Source: an uncultured Bacilli bacterium (GTDB lineage Bacteria; Bacillota_I; Bacilli_A; RF39; UBA660). Taken from it: a DNA stretch of 49,500 bases. The first letter of the stretch is position 1. Every line of letters starts with the position of its first letter. Positions 16,805-27,064 of the stretch are shown here, in pieces. The stretch is from the NCBI GenBank assembly GCA_944350365.1, contig CALVOU010000003.1, positions 1 to 49,500 of the forward strand, given 5' to 3'. The position numbers and the translations under genes are program-made. Below the pieces are notes generated by a model that had not been told where the DNA came from, did not search any database, and worked only from the letters and a program-made list of their open reading frames with translations.

Positions 16805-18121
16805 ATGAGAAGATGGATAAAGAAGTTGAAGAAAATCAGAGGAAAATTGATAAGTTCTTTAGTTGTAGTTATCATATTTTTAATTGTAATTTTAGTGGGA
16901 TTAGCTATTTTTATTAGTTCAAAATTGGCAAGCGAACGAAATGAAAATTTCAAGAATTATGAGGAAAAATTTTTGGAAAGTGTAATCTTGTTAGTAGATA
17001 ATTGCCTTTATGGGGATGAGAAGAATGAACTTTGTTCAAAATATGTTTTACCTCGTAATATAGGAAGATATGAATTTTTTTATTTACAAGACTTAGTAGA
17101 TAGTAATTTATTAGAGAGTTTTACTAATCCCTATGATAAAAGTGAACAGTGTAATCTAGAATCTTATGTTTACGTAGACAGTCGTTCTGATACCACAAAT
17201 TCTGCTTATGATTATGATTTAGATTATCATGTATGTTTGATGTGTGGAGACAAGAAAAGTAAAGATTGTTTAGGAGATTATCAGGAAGAGCAAAAATATA
17301 ATTTGGCTTGCCAAGTTGCTTACGATCAAGAGGGAACTCAACCCTATGATGGCGAGTGGACAGATCAAGACTTGTATTTGATACTAAAAGCAAGTGGAGA
17401 TGTTGCTTCTAAAATTTCTCAATTCCGCTATTATATAGGTGATCATTATCCATATAGTGATGTGACAATGTTATCTGATCTTGAAGGAGTTATTCAACTA
17501 AAAGATAGTATTTCTAGTGAATTTGTTACAGTTGAAGCCTATGATGAAAAGGATAATAAAGCTACGGCAAATTGTGGTAATTACCCAATTCGGATAGATA
17601 AAGATGAATTAAGATATGCGATTGTTACAGGTGTATTGAGTAATCCTGATCGTGATCTAGTCGCAAGTGGTGATTACAGTCCAATGGAAGTGATATTAGA
17701 AGTTACTACTGATCCTGCAAATAGTACATCTGGATATACTTATACATGGTATCGAAATGATGAATTTTATAAAGAAACAACACTTCCTAATATTACTGTT
17801 GATGAAAATGGTACTTATGTTGTCCATGTAACGAATGAGATTGGAAACCAAGAAGTAACCTCTGATGAGTTTGTTGTTTATATAGATAAGCAAAAACCAA
17901 AAGTTAAAGTATTGGAAGATACGCTTACTTTAGATTTTGGCCAAGAATATGATTTCAAGAATAATCTAGAAGTTACTTTTGGTTCAAGTGGTGGTACTTA
18001 TAGTTGTGATCCTTCTAATAATAATTATTTAGGTACAGAGGATCAAAAGATTACTTGTATCGCAACCGGTAAGAATGGTTTAGAAACCAAGGTTACTTTC
18101 CAGGTAAAACGAGAACAATAA
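16805..18121 (+). CDS. membrane-anchored extracellular protein, hypothetical (Cys-rich plus beta-rich C-terminal regions)
   Basis: Basic N-terminus and one TM helix (LVVVIIFLIVILVGLAIFI). The long extracytoplasmic region carries paired Cys residues and Ig-like beta patterns. No family recognised. Confidence 0.55.
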   Translation: MRRWIKKLKKIRGKLISSLVVVIIFLIVILVGLAIFISSKLASERNENFKNYEEKFLESVILLVDNCLYGDEKNELCSKYVLPRNIGRYEFFYLQDLVDSNLLESFTNPYDKSEQCNLESYVYVDSRSDTTNSAYDYDLDYHVCLMCGDKKSKDCLGDYQEEQKYNLACQVAYDQEGTQPYDGEWTDQDLYLILKASGDVASKISQFRYYIGDHYPYSDVTMLSDLEGVIQLKDSISSEFVTVEAYDEKDNKATANCGNYPIRIDKDELRYAIVTGVLSNPDRDLVASGDYSPMEVILEVTTDPANSTSGYTYTWYRNDEFYKETTLPNITVDENGTYVVHVTNEIGNQEVTSDEFVVYIDKQKPKVKVLEDTLTLDFGQEYDFKNNLEVTFGSSGGTYSCDPSNNNYLGTEDQKITCIATGKNGLETKVTFQVKREQ

Positions 18122-18239
18122 TTATGGGAAAGTATGGGATTAGAAAAAAAGTCTTTCTATTTTTCTAATTTCGTGTATAATGTAATTAAGTTTAAATATG
18201 ATTTAAACAGTAAGATATTAAAATAAGGAGAGAAGATAA

Positions 18240-18518
18240 ATGAAAAAGAAAACGGCAGTAATTACTGGACTTACAGTAACAGGAGTAGCAGCGTTAGTTG
18301 GTGCTGGTGTTGCATTAAAAAAGAGAAAAAAGAAAAAAGGAAATGTCAATGTTGAGAAATTGGTGGATGACTATAACGACAATCATGGTAACGGACATCT
18401 TTCTTCTTCTAAGAAAAAAGGAGAAGACGATGAAGAAGAACATGAACAGTCTCGCAAATATATAATGTTGAAAAAATTTACAAACCAAGATCTTTCACAA
18501 AATAAAAATAGGGACTAG
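18240..18518 (+). CDS. small membrane-anchored, highly charged protein, hypothetical
   Basis: RBS AAGGAGAG, an N-terminal TM helix (VITGLTVTGVAALVGAGVAL), then a K/E/D-rich tail. Confidence 0.45.
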   Translation: MKKKTAVITGLTVTGVAALVGAGVALKKRKKKKGNVNVEKLVDDYNDNHGNGHLSSSKKKGEDDEEEHEQSRKYIMLKKFTNQDLSQNKNRD

Positions 18519-18551
18519 TTAAAAAGTGATTAACTAGTTCCTTTCTTTTTT
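18514..18551 (+). terminator. rho-independent terminator
   Basis: ACTAGTTAA (18514-22), 7-nt loop, TTAACTAGT (18530-38), then the T-rich tract TCCTTTCTTTTTT. Confidence 0.5.
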
Positions 18552-18582
18552 GGGTATACTATTAAGAAATAGGAGGGGTTCT

Positions 18583-21282
18583 ATGGAAAAGAAGTGGTTT
18601 CAACAGGAAGTTACAGATATTTATCAAAAACTTTCTACTAGTGAGCAAGGACTTACGACGCAAGAAGCAAAGAAACGTTTAGCACAATATGGTCGTAACG
18701 AATTACCAAAGAAAAAAACAGATGGATTTTGGAAACTGTTTTTTAAAGGAATATTAGATCCAATTGTTTTATTGTTGTTGGTTACGGTAATTTTTTCGTT
18801 GATTATTCAGGAATATGTCGATGCGATTGCGATTGGTTTTATCATTTTGGTCGATTTATTGTTAGGGGCTTTTCAGGAATGGAAAGCAGAGAAAAATGCC
18901 GAAGGACTAGCTAATTTGATTCGTGTTCGTTGTAAAGTATTACGAGATGGTAGAGAAGTAGAGATTGATTCTAGTGAGTTAGTAGTTGGAGATATTGTCT
19001 TATTAGAATCAGGAAATAAGATCAGTGCTGATTTACGACTAGTTGATTGTCATAATTTACAGATTGATGAGTCGGTGTTAACAGGAGAAAGTTTACCAAT
19101 TGTAAAGAGTAATCTTTTGTTGGATGGCGAAGTGAATTTAGCTGATCGAAAGAATATGGCCTTTGCGGGTACTAGTGTCACAACTGGTCGAGGAAAAAGT
19201 GTCGTTGTCGCTACTGCGATGGCAACAGAAATTGGAGCGATTGCGTCTCGAGTAAACAACACGAAAGAAACTAAATCTCCCCTTACGATTCGAATGGACA
19301 AGTTTTCTAAACAGATCAGTTTATTGATTATTGTCATTGCGATAATTCTTACGATTTTATTATTCTATAAAGGTGTAACAGGTACAGAGATCTTCCTTTC
19401 GGTAATTGCGTTATCCGTATCCGCAATGCCTGAAGGGTTGCCACTTGCTCTTACGATGGCATTAACGATTGCCTCTAACCGGATGGCAAAGAAAAATGTC
19501 ATTGTCAAGAAGTTAAATGCGGTCGAGAGTCTAGGTAGTTGTACTGTAATCGCTTCTGATAAAACAGGTACGCTTACGGTTAATGAACAGACAGCAAAGA
19601 AAATTTTACTACCTAACGGGGATTGTTATACGATTACCGGGACGGGTTATAATGGAAAAGGGGAAGTTGTTCCTGTAGGAGATGCCAAGGTAGAAGAGGT
19701 TACTTTTTTAGCTCAACTTGGTAAGATAAATAACGAAGCTAAATTAGAAAAAGTAGCAGGGGATAAGTGGACAAGCTTTGGTGACTCGATCGATATTGCC
19801 TTTTTGGCTTTAGCTGAGAAGTTAGGCGTAAGTAGTGAAGACTTTGAAATTTTAGCGGAAATTCCTTATGAATCAGAAAATAAGTATTCAGCGGTATTTT
19901 ATCGCTTAAATGGTGAGGTACGTTGTACTGTTAAGGGTTCTTTTGAAAAGGTATTAGAGTTTTCGTCAAAGATGATTGATCAACAAGAAGAAAAAGAACT
20001 AGATGCCACTTTATTAGCTAAACAAAATGAAGATTTGGCTCGTGAAGGGTATCGCGTGATTGCTATTGCGGATGGGGTTTGTTCTTCTTTTCAACCCAAA
20101 GAGATGGTTGAAACTAGCGATATTCCGAGTCTTATTTTTCAAGGAATGGTAGCCTTTATCGATCCAATCAGAGAAGAAGTAAAAGACTCTATTCTAGAAT
20201 GTGAAAGTGCGGGTATTAAAGTGTTGATGATTACCGGTGATCATCCTTTAACGGCATTTGCGATTGCGAAAGAATTACATTTGGTTACTTCTTATGAAGA
20301 AGTCGCTACTGGACAGGAAGTCGCCGAAGCTTTTTCTAAAGGTCAAGATGCATTTGACCATTTTGTGCGAGGAAAACGTGTTTTTTCACGAGTAACGCCA
20401 ATCGATAAAAACGAAATTATTCATTCGTTAAAACGGCAAGGGGAATTTGTTGCCGTGACTGGTGATGGTGTGAATGATGCTCCGGCGATTCGTGGGGCTA
20501 ATATCGGAATCGCAATGGGTAGTGGAACTGATGTTGCCAAAGAGACGGCTTCAATGATTATTATCGATGATAATTTTAAGTCGATTGTTGCGGGTGTCAA
20601 GGAAGGGCGTTGTGCATACAGTAACATTCGAAAAGTCAGTTATATGTTACTGTCTTGTGGTTTAGCGGAAGTATTATTTTTCGTTTTATCGATATTGCTT
20701 GACTTACCGATGCCACTCGTTGCCATTCAATTATTGTGGTTAAATATCGTAACAGATGGTTTACAAGATTTTGCGTTATCTTTCGAAAGAGCTGAAGAGG
20801 GTATTATGAAAGAAAAACCTAGAAGTACGAAAGAAACCATTTTCAATAAAGAACTATTAACCGAAGTAGGAATAGCGGGTGCTTCTATTGGTCTTATCGT
20901 CTTTGGTGTTTGGTATTACTTGATTAAGGTAGTTGGTATGGATGTTGCGCTAGCTCGTGGATATATTATGGCTCTTATGGTATTTATGCAGAATGTTCAT
21001 GTCTTTAACTGTCGTAGTGAAAAGCAATCCACCTTCAAAATACCCTTAAGAAGTAACATGTTTATTCCTATTGTTATCGTCTGTTCCATACTTTTACAGA
21101 TTGTTGTCATGGAAGTCGATTTCTTCAGTCACTTTTTACAAACTTCAACAGTACCTGTTTTACACTTAGTTTACTTATTGTTACTCGCTTTGATTATTTT
21201 AGTGGTCATGGAAGTATACAAGGAACTTCGCTATCAGAATCATCGAAAGAGTAGAAGACAAAGAAAAGGCATCTCTAAATAG
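18583..21282 (+). CDS. P-type (type IIA/IIB-like) calcium-transporting ATPase
   Basis: ATG at 18583 follows RBS AGGAGG (18571-76). Motifs: TGES, PEGLP, DKTGTLT, KGS, MITGDH, TGDGVNDAPA. About 10 TM helices. Confidence 0.9.
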   Translation: MEKKWFQQEVTDIYQKLSTSEQGLTTQEAKKRLAQYGRNELPKKKTDGFWKLFFKGILDPIVLLLLVTVIFSLIIQEYVDAIAIGFIILVDLLLGAFQEWKAEKNAEGLANLIRVRCKVLRDGREVEIDSSELVVGDIVLLESGNKISADLRLVDCHNLQIDESVLTGESLPIVKSNLLLDGEVNLADRKNMAFAGTSVTTGRGKSVVVATAMATEIGAIASRVNNTKETKSPLTIRMDKFSKQISLLIIVIAIILTILLFYKGVTGTEIFLSVIALSVSAMPEGLPLALTMALTIASNRMAKKNVIVKKLNAVESLGSCTVIASDKTGTLTVNEQTAKKILLPNGDCYTITGTGYNGKGEVVPVGDAKVEEVTFLAQLGKINNEAKLEKVAGDKWTSFGDSIDIAFLALAEKLGVSSEDFEILAEIPYESENKYSAVFYRLNGEVRCTVKGSFEKVLEFSSKMIDQQEEKELDATLLAKQNEDLAREGYRVIAIADGVCSSFQPKEMVETSDIPSLIFQGMVAFIDPIREEVKDSILECESAGIKVLMITGDHPLTAFAIAKELHLVTSYEEVATGQEVAEAFSKGQDAFDHFVRGKRVFSRVTPIDKNEIIHSLKRQGEFVAVTGDGVNDAPAIRGANIGIAMGSGTDVAKETASMIIIDDNFKSIVAGVKEGRCAYSNIRKVSYMLLSCGLAEVLFFVLSILLDLPMPLVAIQLLWLNIVTDGLQDFALSFERAEEGIMKEKPRSTKETIFNKELLTEVGIAGASIGLIVFGVWYYLIKVVGMDVALARGYIMALMVFMQNVHVFNCRSEKQSTFKIPLRSNMFIPIVIVCSILLQIVVMEVDFFSHFLQTSTVPVLHLVYLLLLALIILVVMEVYKELRYQNHRKSRRQRKGISK

Positions 21283-21290
21283 GGATGCCT
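21257..21290 (-). terminator. terminator hairpin for the minus-strand gene 21289..21738 (overlaps the ATPase 3' end)
   Basis: AGGCATC (21267-73) pairs with GATGCCT (21284-90). On the minus strand the hairpin is followed by TTTTCTTTG. Confidence 0.45.
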
Positions 21291-21738
21291 ATAAATATTC
21301 CTTTAACTCTTCGATGGTATCTTCTTGAAACTTGAGAAACTTTTTAGCTAATTTTAAATCTTCTTTGTTACAGCTTTCTTCATAATCTTTGATCTTCTTT
21401 TCCATATTGATCGAGCCCATCGATATACCTTTAATTAAAAGATCGGCAATACTCGAATCACTGTTATCACTATCTACTTCTTTTTTGATTCCCATTTTGG
21501 CCATCCATTTTGTCATCATCGCTTCTGGAACTACTTCTTGTTTATCTTTTTTTAGATGACTTTCTGCTTGTTGCATAAATTTCTGATATTCTATTTTTAT
21601 CTCTTCAACTAGTCCTTTAATTTTGTTATCCTTTTCTTTTAAGAACTCTTCTAGTTTTTCTAGGGTGTAGTACGCCATTTCCGCATCTTGATAGATGTGT
21701 TCTAATAATTCATTATTTTCTTTCATTTTTATCACCAT
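21289..21738 (-). CDS. helical cytoplasmic protein, hypothetical
   Basis: A 149-aa (or 145-aa from the second ATG at 21726) K/E-rich, all-helical-looking sequence. No family recognised. Confidence 0.5.
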   Translation of the reverse strand: MVIKMKENNELLEHIYQDAEMAYYTLEKLEEFLKEKDNKIKGLVEEIKIEYQKFMQQAESHLKKDKQEVVPEAMMTKWMAKMGIKKEVDSDNSDSSIADLLIKGISMGSINMEKKIKDYEESCNKEDLKLAKKFLKFQEDTIEELKEYL

Positions 21739-21849
21739 ATATAATATGAAAAGATAAGTGTTTTTTTATTCAAAACAAAGAAAAAAAGTTATTTATGAAG
21801 AGTTTTTGGTATAATAGTATAGAGTGTTGGTTAGAAAGGAGTAGAATGC

Positions 21850-24444
21850 ATGTTAGAAATAAAAAACATTACTAAAGTCTATGTGACTGCTGGGTTAGAA
21901 CAGAAGGCTTTAGATGATGTCAGTATTCAATTTCGTGAGAATGAATTTGTCTCTATTTTGGGTCCTTCAGGAAGTGGAAAGACAACGCTATTAAATATTG
22001 TCGGTGGTTTAGATGATTACACTAGTGGTGATTTAATTATCAATGGTGTTTCGACAAAAAAATATCGTGATCGTGATTGGGATACTTATCGAAATCATTC
22101 CATAGGTTTTGTTTTTCAAAGTTATAATTTGATTCCTCATCAGACGGCTTTATCGAACGTTGAATTAGCGCTTACTTTATCTGGCGTCTCTAAAGAGGAA
22201 AGAAGAAGACGTTCTATTGAAGTATTGAAAAAAGTTGGCTTAGAGACACAGATGCATAAAAAGCCTAATCAAATGTCTGGTGGACAGATGCAGAGAGTAG
22301 CAATTGCTAGAGCGTTAGTCAATGATCCAGATATTTTACTTGCTGATGAGCCAACTGGTGCTTTGGATTCAGAAACAAGTATTCAGATTATGGAATTATT
22401 GAAAGAAATTGCTAAAGACAAGCTAGTTATTATGGTAACTCATAATCCAGATTTAGCCACTACTTATTCAACACGAATTGTGAAATTGTTGGATGGTAAA
22501 ATTATTGATGATTCAGATCCAGTAAAAGAAAATATTAAAGTGGATAAGGCGAAGAAAGAGCGAACAAAAAAACGTTCTTCTAAGAAGACTTCGATGTCAT
22601 TTATGACGGCATTATCGCTTAGTTTAAATAATTTAATGACCAAAAAAGGACGGACGATTTTAACAGCATTTGCTGGTTCTATTGGAATTATCGGTATTGC
22701 GTTAATTTTGTCTTTATCAAGTGGAGTTCAAAATTATATTTCACGAGTCGAGGAGGATACTCTTTCTTCTTATCCACTTACTGTTGAAGAACAATCTGTC
22801 GATACCGCTAGTATGATTACAACACTAATGGGGGAACAAAATGATGAAGAACACGAGCTGGACAAGGTTTATTCTAGTAATATTATGACGGATCTTATCA
22901 ATTCGATGACCACTCAACTAGATACCAATAATTTGGAGGAATTTAAAAAGTTTTTAGATGGTGATGAGACGAATATCCGCGATTATACGACGGATATTCA
23001 ATATACTTACCGTCTTCCTATCGAGCTTTATAAGAGTGATACGAGCGAGGAAGTTCTTCGTGTCAATCCTTCGTCGGTTTTTGATTCCTTTAATATCGAT
23101 GGAATGAGTGAGATGATGGAAATGCAGAACACGATGGGTTCTGGTATTTCTTCTACTAATGTTTTCCAAGAATTGTTGAATAATCAAGAGTTACTTTCTA
23201 GTCAGTATGATGTTTTAGCGGGACGGTTTCCTGAAGCGTATAATGAAGTAGTGATGATTGTCAATGAAGATAACGAAATTAGTGATTATGCTTTATATGC
23301 TTTAGGATTAAAAGATCAAGATGAACTAGCTAATTTAATGGATAAAATGAAAAATGGAGAAGAAATTGAAACGGAAAATACGAGTTATTCTTATGAAGAA
23401 ATTTTAGATTTGACGTTTAAACTTGTTCTTCCTACGGATTATTATCAAAAAAGTGATGGTATTTGGCTAGATAAAAGTGGAGATACTACTTATATGAAAG
23501 AACTTGTTGATTCATCCCCAGAAATAAAACTGGTTGGTATTCTTCGTCCAAATGAAGAGGCAGCTGTAACTAGTGTATCAGGTACAATCGGATATACTCA
23601 TGCTTTAACTGAACATGTTATCGAAGAAGTAAATCAAACAGAAATTGCGAAAGAACAACTTGCTACTCCAGATGTTAATATCTTTACTGGATTACCTTTT
23701 TCTGATTCTAATGATAAGTTTTCAATCGATCAATTAACCGATGAACAAAAAGCTTATCTTGCGACATTGTCTCAAGAAGAATTATCCCTTTTACTCACTC
23801 AGTATTCTGAAAATGCAAATGCGAGTTACGAAGATAATTTATTGACTTTGGGTGTAGTCGATATCAATAAACCATCTTCGATAAGAATTTATCCAAAAGA
23901 TTTTGATTCGAAAGAAGAAATTATTCAGATTATCGAAGATTATAACCAGGATAAAGAAACATCAGGCAATGAAGCCGATGTGATTCGCTATACCGATATC
24001 GTTGGGGTAATGATGTCTAGTGTTTCTACGATTATCGATACAATCAGTTATATTTTAATTGCCTTTGTGGCTATTAGTTTGATTGTTTCTAGTATCATGA
24101 TTGGTATTATTACTTATATTTCTGTTTTGGAAAGAACCAAAGAAATTGGAATCTTACGAGCAATTGGTGCTTCTAAGAAAGATGTTTCTCGAGTATTTAA
24201 TGCTGAAACCTTTATCGAAGGTCTAGTAGCTGGTACTATGGGAATCTTAATTACCGTATTATTAAATATCCCAATTAATATGATAATTAAACATGTAGTT
24301 GGTATTTCTGGTATTGCTTCTCTTCCAATTGTTGGTGCGATTATTTTAGTCATTATCAGTATGACTTTGACCGTTATAGCTGGATTAGTTCCATCACGTA
24401 TGGCTAGTAAGAAAGATCCAGTTGAAGCATTAAGAACAGAATAG
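21850..24444 (+). CDS. fused ABC transporter ATP-binding protein / FtsX-family permease (MacB-like)
   Basis: Walker A GPSGSGKTT, signature MSGGQMQR, Walker B ILLADEPT. A TM helix, a ~430-aa extracytoplasmic domain and a C-terminal FtsX 3-TM bundle follow (ERTKEIGILRAIGASKKD). Confidence 0.9.
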   Translation: MLEIKNITKVYVTAGLEQKALDDVSIQFRENEFVSILGPSGSGKTTLLNIVGGLDDYTSGDLIINGVSTKKYRDRDWDTYRNHSIGFVFQSYNLIPHQTALSNVELALTLSGVSKEERRRRSIEVLKKVGLETQMHKKPNQMSGGQMQRVAIARALVNDPDILLADEPTGALDSETSIQIMELLKEIAKDKLVIMVTHNPDLATTYSTRIVKLLDGKIIDDSDPVKENIKVDKAKKERTKKRSSKKTSMSFMTALSLSLNNLMTKKGRTILTAFAGSIGIIGIALILSLSSGVQNYISRVEEDTLSSYPLTVEEQSVDTASMITTLMGEQNDEEHELDKVYSSNIMTDLINSMTTQLDTNNLEEFKKFLDGDETNIRDYTTDIQYTYRLPIELYKSDTSEEVLRVNPSSVFDSFNIDGMSEMMEMQNTMGSGISSTNVFQELLNNQELLSSQYDVLAGRFPEAYNEVVMIVNEDNEISDYALYALGLKDQDELANLMDKMKNGEEIETENTSYSYEEILDLTFKLVLPTDYYQKSDGIWLDKSGDTTYMKELVDSSPEIKLVGILRPNEEAAVTSVSGTIGYTHALTEHVIEEVNQTEIAKEQLATPDVNIFTGLPFSDSNDKFSIDQLTDEQKAYLATLSQEELSLLLTQYSENANASYEDNLLTLGVVDINKPSSIRIYPKDFDSKEEIIQIIEDYNQDKETSGNEADVIRYTDIVGVMMSSVSTIIDTISYILIAFVAISLIVSSIMIGIITYISVLERTKEIGILRAIGASKKDVSRVFNAETFIEGLVAGTMGILITVLLNIPINMIIKHVVGISGIASLPIVGAIILVIISMTLTVIAGLVPSRMASKKDPVEALRTE

Positions 24445-24470
24445 AAATAAAAATGAAGTTAATGAAGTAT

Positions 24471-24519
24471 AGAAAACTTTCTTATTTATGAAAATAATAA
24501 AGAGAGTTTTCTTTTTTTC
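24471..24519 (+). terminator. rho-independent terminator (long imperfect hairpin)
   Basis: AGAAAACT (24471-78) pairs with AGTTTTCT (24505-12), followed by a T-run to 24518. Confidence 0.45.
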
Positions 24520-24559
24520 TAAAATGTTCTATAATGAACTTTGTTAGGATGTGAAAGAA

Positions 24560-25594
24560 ATGCTATTCATTCATTATCTTTTATTTATTCCTCCGGCTTT
24601 TTTATTTGGGTATTATTTAAGACGAAAATTACGACAATTAGTTCCCGATCCTAAGAGTAAGTGGAGTAATCTTTTCTATTATTTGATTATCTTTAGTATT
24701 TTTATTATTTCTATTTTGACGTTATCTTACTTTGCGGTTTTCTTCTTCTATGTTATTTTCTTTTACATTTTATTTGATCTTATTTTTTTCCTTTTTCATC
24801 GTCAAAAGAATAGTAAGATTTACAAAGTTATTTCTAAGTTATACGCTCGTGGAATTACCGTATTTGTTTTGGCGTTACTTGTTACATGTTATGGTTTATA
24901 TATGGCAAATCATCCTGTAGTTCATCACTATCGATATGACATTTCTAAGATAGATGAACCACTTTCTATTGCGATGATATCGGATTTACACTTGGGAACT
25001 GGAACGACAGAATATACAGTTGATGAAATTATTGAAACAGTAGAAAAAGAGAATGTGGATCTTCTTGTATTGGTTGGTGATATTTTCGATGAGATGACGC
25101 CGGATTCTTTAAAAGAATATGCGTATTCGCAGTTTGGAAAGGTTGCGGTTTCTCATGGTGTTTATTATGTTGAAGGAAATCATGACCGTTTGACTGAAGA
25201 ATCAAGGACTTCTTGGGAAAAGGAAAATGTTCAAGTATTAGCGGATGATGTTACTTTGGTAGATAATTCATTTTATTTGGTTGGTCGTAAAGATTATTCT
25301 CGTTCTAATCGGCTTCCGCTCACCACTTTATTAAAAGATATGGATTCTAGTTATCCCATTATTTTATTAGATCATCAACCGCAAGATGAGAATCAAGCTT
25401 ACCAACTAGGCGTTGATTTACAGCTATCTGGTCATACTCATGGAGGTCAATTATTTCCTGGAAGTTTCTTTGTCAAAAGTGGAGCCAAAACAAAAGATAA
25501 CTATCATCTAGTTATCTCAAATGGTTATGGAACCTGGGGAATTCCTATTCGTACTGCGGGAAAAAGTGAATTGGTTGTCGTTACTTTATATTAA
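24560..25594 (+). CDS. membrane-anchored metallophosphoesterase (YkuE-like)
   Basis: N-terminal TM helices, then SDLHLG, GDIFD, GNHD and GHTHGGQ, the calcineurin-like phosphoesterase motifs. An alternative GTG start is at 24551. Confidence 0.8.
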   Translation: MLFIHYLLFIPPAFLFGYYLRRKLRQLVPDPKSKWSNLFYYLIIFSIFIISILTLSYFAVFFFYVIFFYILFDLIFFLFHRQKNSKIYKVISKLYARGITVFVLALLVTCYGLYMANHPVVHHYRYDISKIDEPLSIAMISDLHLGTGTTEYTVDEIIETVEKENVDLLVLVGDIFDEMTPDSLKEYAYSQFGKVAVSHGVYYVEGNHDRLTEESRTSWEKENVQVLADDVTLVDNSFYLVGRKDYSRSNRLPLTTLLKDMDSSYPIILLDHQPQDENQAYQLGVDLQLSGHTHGGQLFPGSFFVKSGAKTKDNYHLVISNGYGTWGIPIRTAGKSELVVVTLY

Positions 25595-25640
25595 TAATCT
25601 CTTTTTTCTTTTCATAAGAATAACTAGGAGGTTATTTTTT

Positions 25641-26108
25641 ATGCGTCGAAGAAATCAAAAAGCATTATTTTTCTTTTTAGCGATTCCCCTTGGTTTAGGA
25701 TTTCTGATCGGTTTTTTGTCACAACCTACAGCTTCTTATGAAGCGTTAGTTAAACCTTTTTTTGCGCCACCTGGTTTTGTTTTCCCGATTGTTTGGACAA
25801 TTCTTTATCTTTTGATGGGAATTTCTAGTTATCTGATTGCGCAAAGCAACAACCCTAGACGTTATCCAGCTTTAATTACGTATATGGAACAATTATTCGT
25901 TAACTTGGCTTGGTCGCCAATTTTCTTTACATTGAATTTTCGTTTTCTTGCGTTCTTATGGATTTTATTTTTGATTTATCTAGTAGTGAAGATGATCGTT
26001 CAATTTAAACGGGTTTCTCATCGGGCGGCTTATTTACAGATTCCTTATCTTTTGTGGTTAATATTTGCTGCTTTGTTGAATTTTTCGATTGTGATTTTAA
26101 ATCTTTAA
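25641..26108 (+). CDS. tspO: TspO/MBR family tryptophan-rich sensory protein
   Basis: ATG at 25641 follows RBS AGGAGG (25626-31). Five TM helices with PPGFVFPIVWTILYLLMG and NLAWSPIFF blocks. Confidence 0.85.
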   Translation: MRRRNQKALFFFLAIPLGLGFLIGFLSQPTASYEALVKPFFAPPGFVFPIVWTILYLLMGISSYLIAQSNNPRRYPALITYMEQLFVNLAWSPIFFTLNFRFLAFLWILFLIYLVVKMIVQFKRVSHRAAYLQIPYLLWLIFAALLNFSIVILNL

Positions 26109-26962
26109 TCTTGTAGCTTGAAGGTCCAAAGATTTTTGATTTGAGGAGCAAGGGTATCATAGCTCCAAAGCTTATTACTTCTTTCTTTACTGTTTGAGTC
26201 GCGGATAATAAATTTTCCATCTTTAATTCCTACGATAGAGATAAAATGTCCAGTCGTGGTAAAATCACCTGGTTTCATACTAGTGATAATGGGATGATTC
26301 TGTTTTAACTCTTTGGTCATATTACTTTTGGATAATGTGATTTGTTTTCCTATAATTCCGTATTCATTAACGCCTTCTGTCATTAGTGACCAACTTGTTC
26401 CAATTCCCTCTACATAATAGCCTTTTTCTTCAGCAAGTGAAGCTACTTTTGAAGGGGTTACATCATTTCTTCCGGTTAGACCAGCTACTATGATGGATAT
26501 CGCAGTAGGGCCACAGCCATTTATCGCTATGACACTATTTCCATAACTAGCATATCCCCATCTAGTATCGTATTGGAGGAGAAGGGGATAGGTGCCTTTT
26601 TTTATGCCTTCTAACTCTGTTGTATAAACGTTTCCTTTCTTTTCTGGATAGCCAAGCATATAGTCAATCATATCGATATTTCTTCCTAACATTTCTAATA
26701 AAATATCTGGATATTCTTCTTTATTTTCGATAATCGTTAGTATTCGTTCATCTTCTAAGGATAAAGGGTAGAGATTATCGATTAGTGGATCACCAGTTTG
26801 CGGAAAGACTTCTTCATGAATCGTTGATATGGTTTCTTCTTGAACGGGGTTGGTATTTTCAGATAATAAATATGTTGAAATTCCAAAGTAACTTCCATAA
26901 CACACTACAACTAAAAGTAAAATTCTTTTTAATGCACTTTTCTTTTTCTTCTTTTTTGCCAT
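26105..26962 (-). CDS. membrane-anchored C39-like (papain-fold) cysteine peptidase domain protein
   Basis: N-terminal anchor. NGCGPTAISIIVAGL carries the nucleophile Cys. TTTGHFISIVG...IIRDSN carries the His/Asp. The layout is Peptidase_C39_2-like. RBS AAAGGAGAA. Confidence 0.6.
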   Translation of the reverse strand: MAKKKKKKSALKRILLLVVVCYGSYFGISTYLLSENTNPVQEETISTIHEEVFPQTGDPLIDNLYPLSLEDERILTIIENKEEYPDILLEMLGRNIDMIDYMLGYPEKKGNVYTTELEGIKKGTYPLLLQYDTRWGYASYGNSVIAINGCGPTAISIIVAGLTGRNDVTPSKVASLAEEKGYYVEGIGTSWSLMTEGVNEYGIIGKQITLSKSNMTKELKQNHPIITSMKPGDFTTTGHFISIVGIKDGKFIIRDSNSKERSNKLWSYDTLAPQIKNLWTFKLQD

Positions 26963-27018
26963 TTTGTTCTCCTTTAGAAATAATCATTTTATAGGATTAT
27001 TGTAGTCGTTATTTTCTT

Positions 27019-27064
27019 TTTATACTTTGAAAAATTCCTAGGAAAGTCTTAAGTTTTTCTTAAT
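27019..27064 (-). promoter_or_regulatory. candidate response-regulator box plus -10 upstream of the C39-like gene
   Basis: The minus strand reads ATTAAGA-AAAA-CTTAAGA. This is a direct repeat with 11-bp period (plus-strand 27058-64 and 27047-53). A 22-nt gap and then TATAAA (27019-24) follow. The same architecture is found upstream of the regulator gene (28877-28921). Confidence 0.35.
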
